The notes under the pieces were generated by a model. It made no database searches. It saw only the letters and a program-made list of their open reading frames with translations, and was not told where the DNA came from. The translations under genes were made by a program, and so were the position numbers. A stretch of 64,000 nucleotides of DNA from Macrostomum hystrix (taxonomy: Eukaryota > Animalia > Platyhelminthes), in assembly GCA_950097015.1 (NCBI GenBank), contig CATNEN010000001.1, positions 13,454,001 to 13,518,000 on the forward strand, given 5' to 3'. Each line of letters starts with the position of its first letter. The first letter of the stretch is position 1. This document shows positions 34,901 through 47,829 of this stretch, one piece after another.

Positions 34901-35294
34901 ATGTGATTTGTAGTTTGGCGTTGCTTGGCTAAAATCTCGCAGGCATTGCTGAGTATCCACTGAAACATGCGCTGCACAAACAAGGCTACCTTGTGACAGC
35001 CAGCTAGCCAATAACTCAGGGACGTATGCGGAGAATTTCAGAGCTTCCCTCTTCAAACAGTTTCACAGCTGATTGTCGCGCGGCATTGAATTGATTCCAG
35101 CCTCACTGCGATCCGGAATTTACCTGAAAATACCTGTCTGGATGCTTTACCAAAAATTGATTTGTCCCATAAACGGGACTTTAATTTTCGTTTAATTTCG
35201 CAAATTTATTTGAATCTGTTGAATCAGCTTCGTTTATTGTACTTTAGTTCGTCTGAGAAACGACTCAGGTTTTCCAGACACCAGAGAGAAAAGT

Positions 35295-38200
35295 CTAAAC
35301 GACCTTGACACCGTAGATGTAGAGCTCGCACATTGCCAGCCCGTGACTCAGTGGGGTTTGAATCTTGACAATGCTACCAAATCGGCCGCAGGTGAAGTTG
35401 CGAATGGAGAAGGGAATTGTTGTGACAAAGTTGACGCAGGTGAAGGCGTCGACACTGATGGTGAGCTCGTTCAACCGCTCCGGGCAGCAGTCTTGTCGAT
35501 TGAAGATCTGAACGCGAGTTATGAAGTAGCCAGGGCTCAGGTCAGTTTGCCACCACTGGTTCGTGCTTTCGCCGGTGTGACTGCAGAAGCCGTTCAAAAA
35601 GTTCTGATTCGGATTGCCGTCGAACACTCGGCTGCAGACGCCGCCCCAGAGCTCCGAACTCTGTTGGCAGTTCGTCAGGTTTAGCCTCGTTTCGGCTGCG
35701 AAAGTTACAGAGAGACACCGATGAATAATGACTATTTGCAGGAGGGCTGCGGGCAATGGCACATCATTTGGTGACACTAGACCCGCAGCCAGCGAGGAGG
35801 CAATTCTGCCCATTCCGCTGACTACTGAGAACGCACGCAAACAGGTGTGTACATCTGCCCTGACTTTCACATCGTCAGGCAGTGTACACCTAGGAGGTCG
35901 GCCCTCAAAGGCGTAAATTGCACGACAAGCTTCCAAGCCTTCTCTCCGCGGCTGCGCCACAATTTAATGTGGTCTCGCCGTGGAATCGAGCTCAGGGACC
36001 TTGGTTCGAGAAGTAAACGCGTTTACAACTCTGCCACTCAGCCCCAATACCATCAAAAGCCGTTTGATAGAGTATCCGACACACTGTCACTGAATACAGT
36101 ATCTGACACACTGTCACTGAATACTGTATCCGACACACTGTCACTGAATACAGTATCTGACACACTGTCACTGAATACTGTATCTGACACACTGTCACTG
36201 AATACAGTATCTGACACACTGTCACTGAATACAGTATCTGACACACTGTCACTGAATACAGTATCTGACACACTGTCACTGAATACAGTATCTGACACAC
36301 TGTCACTGAATACAGTATCTGACACACTGTCACTGAATACAGTATCTGACACACTGTCACTGTATTCAGTATCTGACACACTGTCACTGAATACTGTATC
36401 TGACACACTGTCACTGAATACTGTATCTGACACACTGTCACTGAATACAGTATCTGACACACTGTCACTGAATACAGTATCTGACACACTGTCACTGAAT
36501 ACAGTATCTGACACACTGTCACTGAATACTGTATCTGACACACTGTCACTGAATACTGTATCTGACACACTGTCACTGAATACTGTATCTGACACACTGT
36601 CACTGAATACAGTATCTGACACACTGTCACTGAATACAGTATCTGACACACTGTCACTGAATACAGTATCTGACACACTGTCACTGAATACTGTATCTGA
36701 CACACTGTCACTGAATACAGTATCTGACACACTGTCACTGAACACAGTATCTGACACACTGTCACTGAATACTGTATCTGACACACTGTCACTGAATACT
36801 GTATCTGACACACTGTCACTGAATACTGTATCTGACACACTGTCACTGAATACTGTATCTGACACACTGTCACTGAATACTGTATCTGACACACTGTCAC
36901 TGAATACAGTATCTGACACACTGTCACTGAATACTGTACCTGACACACTGTCACTGAATACAGTATCTGACACACTGTCACTGAATACAGTATCTGACAC
37001 ACTGTCACTGAATACAGTATCTGACACACTGTCACTGAATACTGTATCTGACACACTGACACTGTATTCAGTATCTGACACACTGTCACTGAATACTGTA
37101 TCTGACACACTGTCACTGAATACAGTATCTGACACACTGTCACTGAATACTGTATCTGACACACTGTCACTGAATACTGTATCTGACACACTGTCACTGA
37201 ACACAGTATCTGACACACTGTCACTGAATACAGTATCTGACACACTGTCACTGAATACTGTATCTGACACACTGTCACTGAATACAGTATCTGACACACT
37301 GTCACTGAATACTGTATCTGACACACTGTCACTGAATACAGTATCTGACACACTGTCACTGAACACAGTATCTGACACACTGTCACTGAATACTGTATCT
37401 GACACACTGTCACTGAACACAGTATCTGACACACTGTCACTGAATACTGTATCTGACACACTGTCACTGAATACTGTATCTGACACACTGTCACTGAACA
37501 CAGTATCTGACACACTGTCACTGAATACAGTATCTGACACACTGTCACTGAATACAGTATCTGACACACTGTCACTGAATACTGTATCTGACACACTGTC
37601 ACTGAATACTGTATCTGACACACTGTCACTGAATACTGTATCTGACACACTGTCACTGAACACAGTATCTGACACACTGTCACTGAATACAGTATCTGAC
37701 ACACTGTCACTGAATACAGTATCTGACACACTGTCACTGAATACAGTATCTGACACACTGTCACTGAATACAGTATCTGACACACTGTCACTGAATACTT
37801 TTATGAAACAAGCGAGTCAGCTGACGTAGATTTACACATTTTTGTACTTTTTGCTCACAAAGCCTTTTGTCTTCTCCTCAAGTCTCACATTTCAGGCTGT
37901 AGCTAGACTCACTCAATCGTGACAATAAGCAAGTGATTCTCCATTTTCGAGGAGCCACATCCTTGTTTCCTAGAAATCAAATAGTTGAGAAGTGTGAATC
38001 ACCTCAACTAGGTTTACAGGCTATTAGAATTGTTTCATCACCTTAAGTGTCATATGCAATCAAAATCTTTTTATTGGCAAATTCTGTTTATAAGTGGATA
38101 ATTGCTTGGGTTCTTTCAATTGGCTTGGTACTCAGTAAACAGGCGGGCAGGCGGGCTCATAGTTTGCAGACACTTTGAGCTGTTTCTAGGTCTAGCTCTC

Positions 38201-38984
38201 GAGTCCAAGTCAAGCCAATCAGTAAGCTAGGTACGCGAAATTAATATGCAGATTCCGTTGACTAAATAAGATTCAAATGAATGACATTTGGTCCTAAGGA
38301 TCTCAGTACGAAAATACGGTCGTTGCTTAGCTTCGATTCAAACACTTATTTTGATCCAATTTAACAGTTACCTGATGAAAGTGCTTTGAGGAAACAGATT
38401 TCCAGATAGAAACTAACAATGGGTAGTTCTTTCACGCGGCAAAAGTCCCGGAGCTCGAATCCGGAGCTCGAGGCGAGGTCGCATTACTTTAGAGCACAGC
38501 GTGTCGGTAACTTTACAAAAAACGAGGAGGGTCAACCATCAAGACACAAGTGAGAATTTGCATAGGTGTGACAATTAAGAATGCAGGGCAGATGATGTAG
38601 ATACAGATGTGTGAGCGAGTGCCAAATATTCTCACCAGGCATGGGCTGGGCAAAGACGGACTCCGGGCACATTGTGCTGCCCAGCCAGGTCTTGATCAGG
38701 GTGCTGAATCGCAGCAGCCTACACTCGGAGGCTGGCGGTGCCAGGTAGAATGCGTCGCACTTATCCGATGCAAGAGCGCAGGCCAAGGCGCAGCCGGCAC
38801 TGCCGATGCCAGCGACGGTATCCTTGGCCGGCTCCGAGGTGACGCTGATTGCGCCTGGGCTGGAACAGTCGGGTCCAGGCGTCTTCGCGAGCAGCTGGTA
38901 GCCAGCGAAGTTGGATGCCTGAGAATCGGCGAGGTGATTCAGCAGCAACAGAGCCGCTACAAGAAGGTGCAGTAGAGCATGCAT
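35295..38984 (-). CDS. Secreted PAN/apple-like + F-type lectin (fucolectin), 249 aa; exons 38984-38636 and 35695-35295
   Basis: Signal peptide MHALLHLLVAALLLL and Cys pattern CALAC...CDAFY...CRL. The phase-1 intron GTGAGA...TTTCGCAG joins in frame. Canonical F-type motif H-x26-R-x-D-x4-R (SHT...NRQDCCPER), plus DGN and CELYIYG. Confidence 0.9.
35835..36045 (-). mobile_element. tRNA-derived SINE copy A
   Basis: A-box/B-box-like head (..GGTCCCTGAGCTCGATTCCACGGCGAGACCA), body shared with 40283-40496, and a 3' stem-loop. Confidence 0.75.
36070..37798. repeat. 27-bp quasi-palindromic minisatellite (GTATCTGACACACTGTCACTGAATACW) x~64, in the lectin intron
   Basis: Direct reading. Confidence 0.98.
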
Positions 38985-40282
38985 TCCTACTAACAAATTT
39001 CCATTAAAAGCGCACCTGCGCACTTGTTTTATACTTCATTATGACTACTTCCTCGCATCTCATTGGCTAGGAGTGAAAGCTACAATTCTTTCCCGTGATT
39101 CCCTGTACTTAAATGGTTGCCAGTACTCTCTTTTTTTATAAAAAGACAAAAGTCATAAACCAGTTTGGCTTTAAAAGGGGTCAGCGAAGCCGGTTGTTGT
39201 CTATGGCCAAACCATATTCAGGCATGCATTGACTCTCCTAAGACCAGATTTCTAGAAATTTGTGTTTCCTGGAATTGAAAAGCTGCAGCTGGTTTTCTAG
39301 CTGTGACTCTCTGCCGAACTACGTTGAGTGTCGCTTCTTTTGTGTTCTATTGAGCACACTGAATTTTTTCATAGGCCTCTATAGGGAGAAAAAACTAATG
39401 CGCTAGAATTTGGTTTGCCCGCAATTTTCAGATTCAAATCTAATTTTTAAAAAAATTTCGCTGTAACCATGGTGATTTCGGTAAACATTCGTGAATAGAG
39501 GGTTTTTTCTGTGCTTTGCCTACTACAGCGAAGCAACTGACACTGAAACTGTGAGAAGTATATTTAGAAAACCGTTTCATTGTCTCTCTTCGACCCGAAG
39601 ACTTGAAAAGACTTCCCCATATCCCTCATTGTTGGCAGATAAAACCGGAAAATTGGAGTCGATTGCTTACAAAAGGGTATTTCTGGACTTTTTTACGGAA
39701 TGCTCAGAGTTAGTTAAGGCCTCTGTCATATTGAAAGCGAAAGTGCAGGCTCTCCCTATGCGTGATCATTCAGCAGTTGAAATCCTGAAATGGTATGTCA
39801 AAAGCAAACCCTAATGGGTGGTTGCAAACTGACTAAAAATTCGGACCCAAAAAGCTTTTAGATTGGCAAAGAATTGGTCCGCGATACCTGTCCTTCAGGT
39901 ATACCTGTCCTTCAATTCCGTCCATTCCGCTATTCAAATATTGGCCGTACTTATTTGAGCCATTTGCTACCGCAGGTCGCTACTTGTTAATCAACTGCAC
40001 ACAAATAGTAACAGAGAACTCACTGTAGGTGTGAGTAGAACCCAGCATCATTAATTAGCTCCATCTTACTTGAGCAGTTTTCACCTGCGGGGTGCATTTC
40101 ACTGGCTGATACTGACAAGCAGCTTCTTTTAGGTCTTGGTTCAGTGAGGCGTGTCGCTGTGTTTCGCATCACGCACTACAAAGACAGGCTCGATACCTGT
40201 AACAGGCTGAATTAACCAAGTATGACTTCAAGGTGAAGCTCTTATGCTGGTTGAGCTACAATAATCAACTTATTTAGAGAGC

Positions 40283-40496
40283 TATAAGTACACAGGCACA
40301 TGCTCACACAGACTTTCACGGCAGAGTACACTCTCACGGTACCTTGGAGGTTTGCCCTGCATTGTCGTGCATTGCACGACAAGCCCCCAAGCCTTCTCTC
40401 CGCGGCTGCGCCCCAAATGAATGTGGTCTCGCCGTGGAATCGAACTTAGGGACCTTGGTGCGAGAGTCAAGCGCGTTAACCGCTCACTCATCCCCC
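40283..40496 (-). mobile_element. tRNA-derived SINE copy B
   Basis: GAGCGGTTAACGCGCTTGACTCTCGCACCAAGGTCCCTAAGTTCGATTCCACGGCGAGACCA (B-box GTTCGATTCC) plus a body homologous to copy A. Confidence 0.8.
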
Positions 40497-43011
40497 AAAA
40501 TTAAAGCCTTTGAATCTCTTATTGATTCAACGTCATATTGATTCAACGTCAAATAGATTGTCGAAAATGCATTTGTAAATGTTATATTTGCATACATTAC
40601 TACTAATTTCGCGAGTAGAGTAGCAAGCGTTTTCAAAATCATCAGAAAAATATTGTGGCTGGAACAGTAGCAAAAATCGTTGATAGAGCAGTAGGAATTC
40701 GAAAATTCGCACCTGGAATTTAATTATAAGTTATCTTTGGCTTGTAAAGAGATAAAATCGAAACGAAAATGACTGGATACGAGTATAAATTAACTTAGGC
40801 TGAGCACAGATAGCATAAATACCCGTATTTATTGAGGGGAAATGAGGCAATGGGTGGAACAGCAGTTGCAAGGAAGGAAATGGCTACGGAAAAAAGGTTT
40901 AAGTGCAGAAAATTCAATGAATAAATGGAAAATTTGCGCGCTATAAGAGACACGCAAGCTGCTTTTCTGCTTATTCTGCTTTTAGGGATTCGGAAGGAAG
41001 GCTTCCGACACCAGACTACTGCCGAGCTGATGCATTGATGCATGCCTACTTAGTACTCACTACGCGACATGTCTTGGTCTACCGTCTCTTGAAATGCATC
41101 GATAAGCACCGCGGGTTCCTCAGGCCAAATGCGGTATACTCTCGTAAATTGCAGAGGATAATGTACAGTGAGGCAGCTGCAACATTGCCGACAACTGAGA
41201 AGTTGGTGAATTGATCTCTGGCGGTTGCTGTACAAAAAATATAGTTTTTGAGCCACTAACCTAACAATAGGTATGGGCGATGTTTATGAAAAGCTGAACA
41301 TATTTTTTCATAAAGTTCGTTCACTGTTGGGGTAAGTTTTTTATTTCAATCAGCAGTCTTGAACCGCGGGGCCAGTATCAACACAGTATTGAAAGTAGGT
41401 CTCTGAGGGGCAGTCGACACGCTCTGCACTCTTGCTGAAATTTTCCTGACAAGCTTTTGCCGTCTTCCAACAAGTCGTTGAAGCTGTACACTCTCCTGTC
41501 TCTCACTCCCGCTCACCTTTCCTCTTTTGTCTTCTATCCCTCTACTCCTCAACCAAGCCGAGACAGTGAGGAGTTGCGAGACGACAGAACAAACCAAACT
41601 GAATTATTGAGCGATGATGCAGCTCTGAATCTGTTGCAGGCTATAGCTAAAGATGCAAACCAGTAACGCAAGTCATTCAAAATCACTGAGCAAATACGAG
41701 TATTTATACTAATTAGACTTACTTGTTCGCGAAATCAGAATTTAACTATTTGGATCTATGATTGCTTCTTTAACTTAGAAATAGCACACTAGGAAGAATT
41801 AGTATAGTAGACTAGCTAGGGGTGCCCCACAAGCAAAGTATTGCACTAAAATAGCTTAGCTTAAGCTAATCTAATAATATAATACGATAGGCTCACAAGC
41901 AACCCATAGTAAGAATTATACGGTCGTATAAATTATAATTACCCGAATAACTCAGCAACAACAAAAATTTGGTCCAGACTTATTTCAGTCTTCAATTAAG
42001 AGTATTAAAAAACTGAAATTTCAGCCCTGACTTAAGCTAGCTGCAGAAAATCTTTGCAAAAAAGCGTGAAGCAATGAAGCATTTTGCCAAGAAAAACTAG
42101 CGCTATGGGAAGAAAAAAGCTTAATGAATCTTGAGCGCGAGAGGCCCTTGACAATTAGGGCCCCGGCACAGCTTTGGGAAGCTGAACAGCCAGGCTTTGC
42201 CCGGAAGCAATGCCTCTGCAAGTTCATATATGCTACAGGAGATTGCGCTGCTTAGCATGCTCAAACCTGGCTTCTTCTCCCATTTACTCACTCCCGACTC
42301 ACTCTTCTGCAACACTTCAGCTGCTGGCAGGGCAGGCCCGGAAATCACCTTGAAAATGGAGTTGCGATGGGGCATCTATAAAGATTGGGGAGCGGGAAGG
42401 AAATGCGGTGAAGCAAGAAGGGTGGAGCAAGCGGCGGTGTTATTCAGCGCTAGTTAAGATAGCTTGGATCCTACATCCTGCTTGAGCACAGCTGGGAAAT
42501 TGCTGCAATGTTGCCGTGATCAGGACGCTCCGTTATCAATTGATTACTCGACTCTAGCATTTGTATTGTTCTCTAGATTTTTGTTAAACTATCAGCAAAT
42601 TTCACTCAAGTTAAAATTAAGCACCATTGCTGCCTATTTAATCTCATATTTCGTTATTCAATTGTTAAACTACATTTGATTGAAAGTGAAAAACTACACG
42701 GCAGGCAATTCTAGACAGTTCGTTTTCTGGAAATGACGCTCATTAGGCAAAAATTATCTGAATGAAAAATCGATAAAAATACAAAATGATAAATCAAACT
42801 AGGCATTAGCCTAGCTGCTGTAACAGACTGGCATTTCAGTAGCTCTTTGATTGGCGCTGAGGCACTAACCAATGGCATGCTCTTAGACAACTGCAGTGTG
42901 CTCCTCCAATTCATGAATATGGGTAAAAATTGTGCCTGATAATACAGACGCAGCTATTCACAAATTTGGTAGGAAGGCTGTCAATAACAGCAACTGGACG
43001 ATTCAATTAGC

Positions 43012-44409
43012 ATGCAGGCAGGTGTCGTCAATGCCACCTGCCCTGTCCAGGGCTCAATGGTCCTGTCAACTAAAGCTCTAGTGACCATGTGCGGCGCAGC
43101 CATGACACTAATGGTGTGCTTGGGGTTGCTAGGCAACACTGCAGTTATCTTTGGCCTCGTGAAATTCGGTAGAGCCACCAATCCGTACTTCTTCATCATT
43201 ACAATAATGGCCGTAATTGATATGCTAGTCTGCCTAGTGGATGTCCCATTGTACGGCGTGTTCACGCTCAACAACTTCAATTGGCCAGTGCCGCCAGCTC
43301 TGTGCAAGCCCTACCTCATTGCCGACTACATTCTGTGCAGCATGTCCTCCTATTGCGTAGCCATCCTGAGCTACGACCGCTCCGTGCTGGTCATGGAGCC
43401 GCTGCGCTACCAGAAGCTGCAGACTCGCCGCAAGATCTCGGGCATCCTGGCCTGCTGCTTTGTGCTGGCCAATTTTCACACGCCGCTGATCCTACTGTGG
43501 CCCGAGCCGGGCAATTCCACTGAACCGTCTGGCTGCGACAGTCGCGGCTGCTCCGTGCAGTACGAAGAGAGCCTGGCTCTGCAGCTCTGCGGGGTGCTGA
43601 CCCAATTCTTCCTACCGTTCGCTGCCACCGTCATCAGCAGCTGCCTGGTGTACACCAGGATGCGCGAGAGGAAGCAGCTGTTCTACACGCTGCAGGGCGG
43701 CATCGCCCAGTTCGCCGGCCAGGACCGGATGCTGCGACTCGCTGGCAAGGCCAGCCGGCGAGCCGGCCGATGGCTGATTCTGTTCGACTCCATCTACACC
43801 ATCATGTGGCTGCCCTGCATGCTGATGGTGGTCATTCGCACTCTCGTAGACAAGTCTTTGTTCTCACCTACGCAGCCGCTGTTTCACATCTTCCAGCTCT
43901 GCTGGTGGCTGCTGCTATGCAACAGTGTTGTCAATCCGTTTCTGTACATCCGCTCTTGCGACCCCGTGTGCAACTTCTACCTGGCCGTGTTCTGCCGCTG
44001 CTGCCATCGAGGTAACAACGCAAAGAATGGCCTGAACAATTACCGGCTTCAGCTGCAACATCGGGCACCCGCCTGCGTAGCGAGACAGCCGGTATCGAAG
44101 GAGGCGACACCGAATGCTGCAGAAGCTGCTCGCTCGAACGGCCGGTCACAGACGCGCGAGGAGCAGCACGCCGAGCAGCTGGACGTTCTCCTCAACGGTG
44201 GCATCGGAATCAAACGACGCCCGTCTGGCCGATCGCCAATTTCCGTAGCTGGCAATGAGATCCCATTGTTAAGCAGCTACCACAGCCACAGGGATGACGA
44301 GGAGCCAGACGATCAAGTCGCGGAGCATCGCACCTCGAAGGAGCATAAATTAATTGTCAAGAAAATTGACACAGTTGATAGCGACAGAGAGACTGAGGGT
44401 CAAGTTTAA
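43012..44409 (+). CDS. Class A (rhodopsin-like) GPCR, aminergic, histamine H3/H4- or muscarinic-like; intronless, 465 aa
   Basis: Seven hydrophobic segments; TM1 GN, TM2 D, TM3 C..LIADYILC...LSYDR with Asp3.32, TM5 FFLP, TM6 WLP, TM7 NSVVNPFLY. Confidence 0.93.
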   Translation: MQAGVVNATCPVQGSMVLSTKALVTMCGAAMTLMVCLGLLGNTAVIFGLVKFGRATNPYFFIITIMAVIDMLVCLVDVPLYGVFTLNNFNWPVPPALCKPYLIADYILCSMSSYCVAILSYDRSVLVMEPLRYQKLQTRRKISGILACCFVLANFHTPLILLWPEPGNSTEPSGCDSRGCSVQYEESLALQLCGVLTQFFLPFAATVISSCLVYTRMRERKQLFYTLQGGIAQFAGQDRMLRLAGKASRRAGRWLILFDSIYTIMWLPCMLMVVIRTLVDKSLFSPTQPLFHIFQLCWWLLLCNSVVNPFLYIRSCDPVCNFYLAVFCRCCHRGNNAKNGLNNYRLQLQHRAPACVARQPVSKEATPNAAEAARSNGRSQTREEQHAEQLDVLLNGGIGIKRRPSGRSPISVAGNEIPLLSSYHSHRDDEEPDDQVAEHRTSKEHKLIVKKIDTVDSDRETEGQV

Positions 44410-45766
44410 TGGGCCAAGTTGTAAAATGACAACTGAGTTCTACGGACTCAGTTCTAGACTAATTAAGCGCACAATCTTTCGACTTTGTACGACAGAAACC
44501 TGTAGATGGATCCGTTAGATATTTGTGCTTTTTTCTGGCGCAAATCAAGTCGCTCAGTGAATTAATTCTAATATATCAGAAAAAAGCAAAACCAGATTTC
44601 ATTTGCTTGCACAGCTTACTCAATGCATTCCCGTAGCATGTCTAGTTCATGATACACTTTGCTCACCATGAATACAAAATTACAAGTACTTTCATCAGTT
44701 TAGAAAATATATTTTGCTATTTTATTTCTGCACCAAGTTAGAAAATTCATAGATCCTGCTATTCATAATTCAATCAGTGAATTTCTATTATTTGCGAAAT
44801 ACATTGCAAATAGACTCGGAACATGACGGTCGTGTTTGTCTCGCAGCTTGGACATTGTACGTAGATCATTCTGCAGTGGGCAGTCTGCACAATGACCATC
44901 TAAAATGTCATCTCGGGGATGTGTTCAGCAAAATACTGACCTGGGTTGCCATAGTCGATCATTGTCACGAAATGTCATCCGACTTTTCGTCCTGTTTGTT
45001 GCCACGTAAACCTCCCCCGGAGACGACTAGTCTGGCAGTGGACCTATTCTAAGTATTTATTCTCTTTAATAAAGTACATTTTCCATCTTGGTTCTTACAA
45101 TTCAACAGCTGGGGGCACAAACTAGCAGGGAATAATTGATTGGCGTGTTCCGATCTCGATCACTGCAAAAGGTACTTTGTTATGTAAATACAATTGTGCC
45201 TTCAATGTCCATCGAAATGCGAAATGAAAGTAATTTACACTGGCATTATCAGTCCACAGGCGTTCAGTGAGCAGAAGTACTCCAAGACTCACAGCTCATG
45301 CACCAGTTATAGAAACCTGGAGTCAACCTAAGAATAGTTTGGGGAGCTGCGCCATTGCATACAGATGCAGCGATATTTTCCCATCGCTTCAGGCAGTGTC
45401 TTTGGAATTCTGAAGTCAGTTCATATTGGCTAAGAAGCTGCTCAGACTGAGTCTCAGCTCTCCGAGGCTTTCAGCATTCGCCCCAGCCTCAATCTGCCCC
45501 CCCAAGTCTCCCTCACTTATTCGCATCGACTTCTTTTCAACTGCTCATTTTCTTCGGCAAGAAAGGGCAAAAAGCGAGGATCTGAGATATTAAATGCTTC
45601 TGGGGCTGCGAGAAACCCAGCTTAGTAGGGCTGCTCATGGCGTGACTTCCCGACTTGAGCAATCCGTGATTCTTTTTCCTCTTCTTTTACTTATTCTGAG
45701 CCTGTCAGTCTGTGATCCTCTGTCTGTTTCAATCTCGACGTAGAATCAGTTTTGCTGAATTGCCAT

Positions 45767-45974
<208 letters not shown>

Positions 45975-46726
45975 GGCAGCATGACTAAACGGTGAAAGAG
46001 GCAATTAAAAAGGACAAAAATTTGCTAATCGACAAGCCCGGAAAGTCCCTTAAAAGATCATTAAAATTACGAAATTTGACTGGCTTCGCTTCCAGATATT
46101 AGCGGTTTTTTCTACTAGAAGAAAAACAATAAGAAACAAAACCATGAAGATTAGAAGCCAACAGGAACACATTTTGTGTTTTCCTTGATTAGCCTTCAGA
46201 AACTAATTAACCTGGGTGTTCCAGCATCTAAGCAGGTGTCACAGAGTAGTGATGCAATCTCAATTCAATTCGAACTGTTTGACAGTGGGATAATTTGTCA
46301 AATTTGAAGCGGACCTGCTTGTCAACCTTGACAATTCATCAATCGAGTTTCCTTTTCATATCAAATCATAATCATCCTTTTCTTGAGGGAATTGAGGGAA
46401 TTTTTCGTCTAAATAAAGCTGCGGTTATGACGATTCTAAAAAACAACTTTGGATCATTCTAAAGACCCAGGATCGATAGGCAATGTTCATCAAAGCTGTA
46501 GATATCCCCATGAGAGATGGGAATATTCTGTCCCGTTTTCCGGACAGTCACAAAATCCCATGGGAAGGTGTCGTTCTGTGCATCGCTCGGCTGATAATCG
46601 AGCCGGCCGGAACATAAGCAAGATCAGTATCGACTTATGACTGCTTTGCTTAATCAGCTGATTAGTGACGCTTAATATCAGTGGAACGCGACATTATGTT
46701 ACATTTTTAGGCCATCACAACTCACT

Positions 46727-47565
46727 CTCTCCCCTCTCCATTCTATCCCCCCATTCCATCCCTCTCCATTTTATCCCCTCTCAATTCTATCCCCCTATTC
46801 TCCCTCTCCAATATATCCCCCTATTCTCCCCTCTCCATTCTATCCCCCTATTCTCCCCTCTCCAATATATCCCCCTATTCTCCCCTCTCCATTCTATCCC
46901 CCTATTCTCCCCTCTCCAATATATCCCCCTATTCTCCCCTCTCCATTCTATCCCTCCATTCTATCCCTCTACATTCTATCCCCCATTCTATCCCTCTCCA
47001 TTCTATCCTCCATTCTATCCCCTCTCCAATATATCCCCCTATTCTCCCCTCTCCATTCTATCCCCCCATTCTATCCCTCTACATTCTATCCCCCATTCTA
47101 TCCCTCTCCATTCTATCCTCCATTCTGTCCCCTCTCCATTCTATCCCTCTCCATTCTATCCCCCATTCTATCCCTCTCCATTCTATCCCCCTATTCTCCC
47201 CTCCCCAATATATCCCCCTATTCTCCCCTCTCCATTCTATCCCCCCATTCTATCCCTCTACATTCTATCCCTCTCCATTCTATCCTCCATTCTATCCCCT
47301 CTCCATTCTATCCCCCTATTCTCCCCTCTCCAATATATCCCCCTATTCTCCCCTCTCCATTCTATCCCCCCATTCTATCCCTCTACATTCTATCCCCCAT
47401 TCTATCCCTCTCCATTCTATCCTCCATTCTGTCCCCTCTCCATTCTATCCCTCTCCATTCTATCCCCCATTCTATCCCCTCTCCATTCCCTCCCCTCTCA
47501 ATTCTATCCCCCTATTCTCCCCTCTCCATTCTATCCCCCCTTTTCTCCCCTCTCTATTCTCTCCT
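46727..47565. repeat. Pyrimidine-rich compound minisatellite (CCCTCTCCATTCTATCCCC..)
   Basis: Direct reading. Confidence 0.95.
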
Positions 47566-47829
47566 AAAAAGTGAGCAAGCAATTTATTTTATTAGCTCAT
47601 TTTGCGAATCGCATCCTGAGTCAGCTCAAAGTAGCATCCACACAGGAAGCAAAACGCGGCATCAAATATCCGCTTCCCGAAATGTTTCATCGAAAGTATC
47701 AATTCGGCTCGCAATATTTGAGTCAATTTTGACTTTACATTGTCTTTTGTCAGACGTTGCTGTAGCCCGCACATTTTTCATAGTGACTGTCACCTAGCCA
47801 GCCTCCAACATGGAGATTCCTTTCACCCT

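Noticed and set aside
34131-34913. (SSPVHKFTSSQVHQFT)n ORFs
   Set aside because: Open in several frames because of the 16-bp satellite.
35845-35890. Hammerhead-like CTGACGA...GAAA in the SINE tail
   Set aside because: No stem II between the motifs; the segment folds as one simple hairpin.
36070-37798. CRISPR-like array of palindromic 27-bp repeats; 576-660 aa ORFs
   Set aside because: No unique spacers, no cas genes, and it lies in a eukaryotic intron. The ORFs are stop-free by-products of the repeat.
40425-40496. Functional tRNA gene
   Set aside because: Acceptor stem does not pair, anticodon loop is irregular, and it is fused to a SINE body.
39491-42680. Short ORFs and a faint RT-like stretch near 40930-41030
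   Set aside because: No convincing motifs; too degenerate to call without a search.
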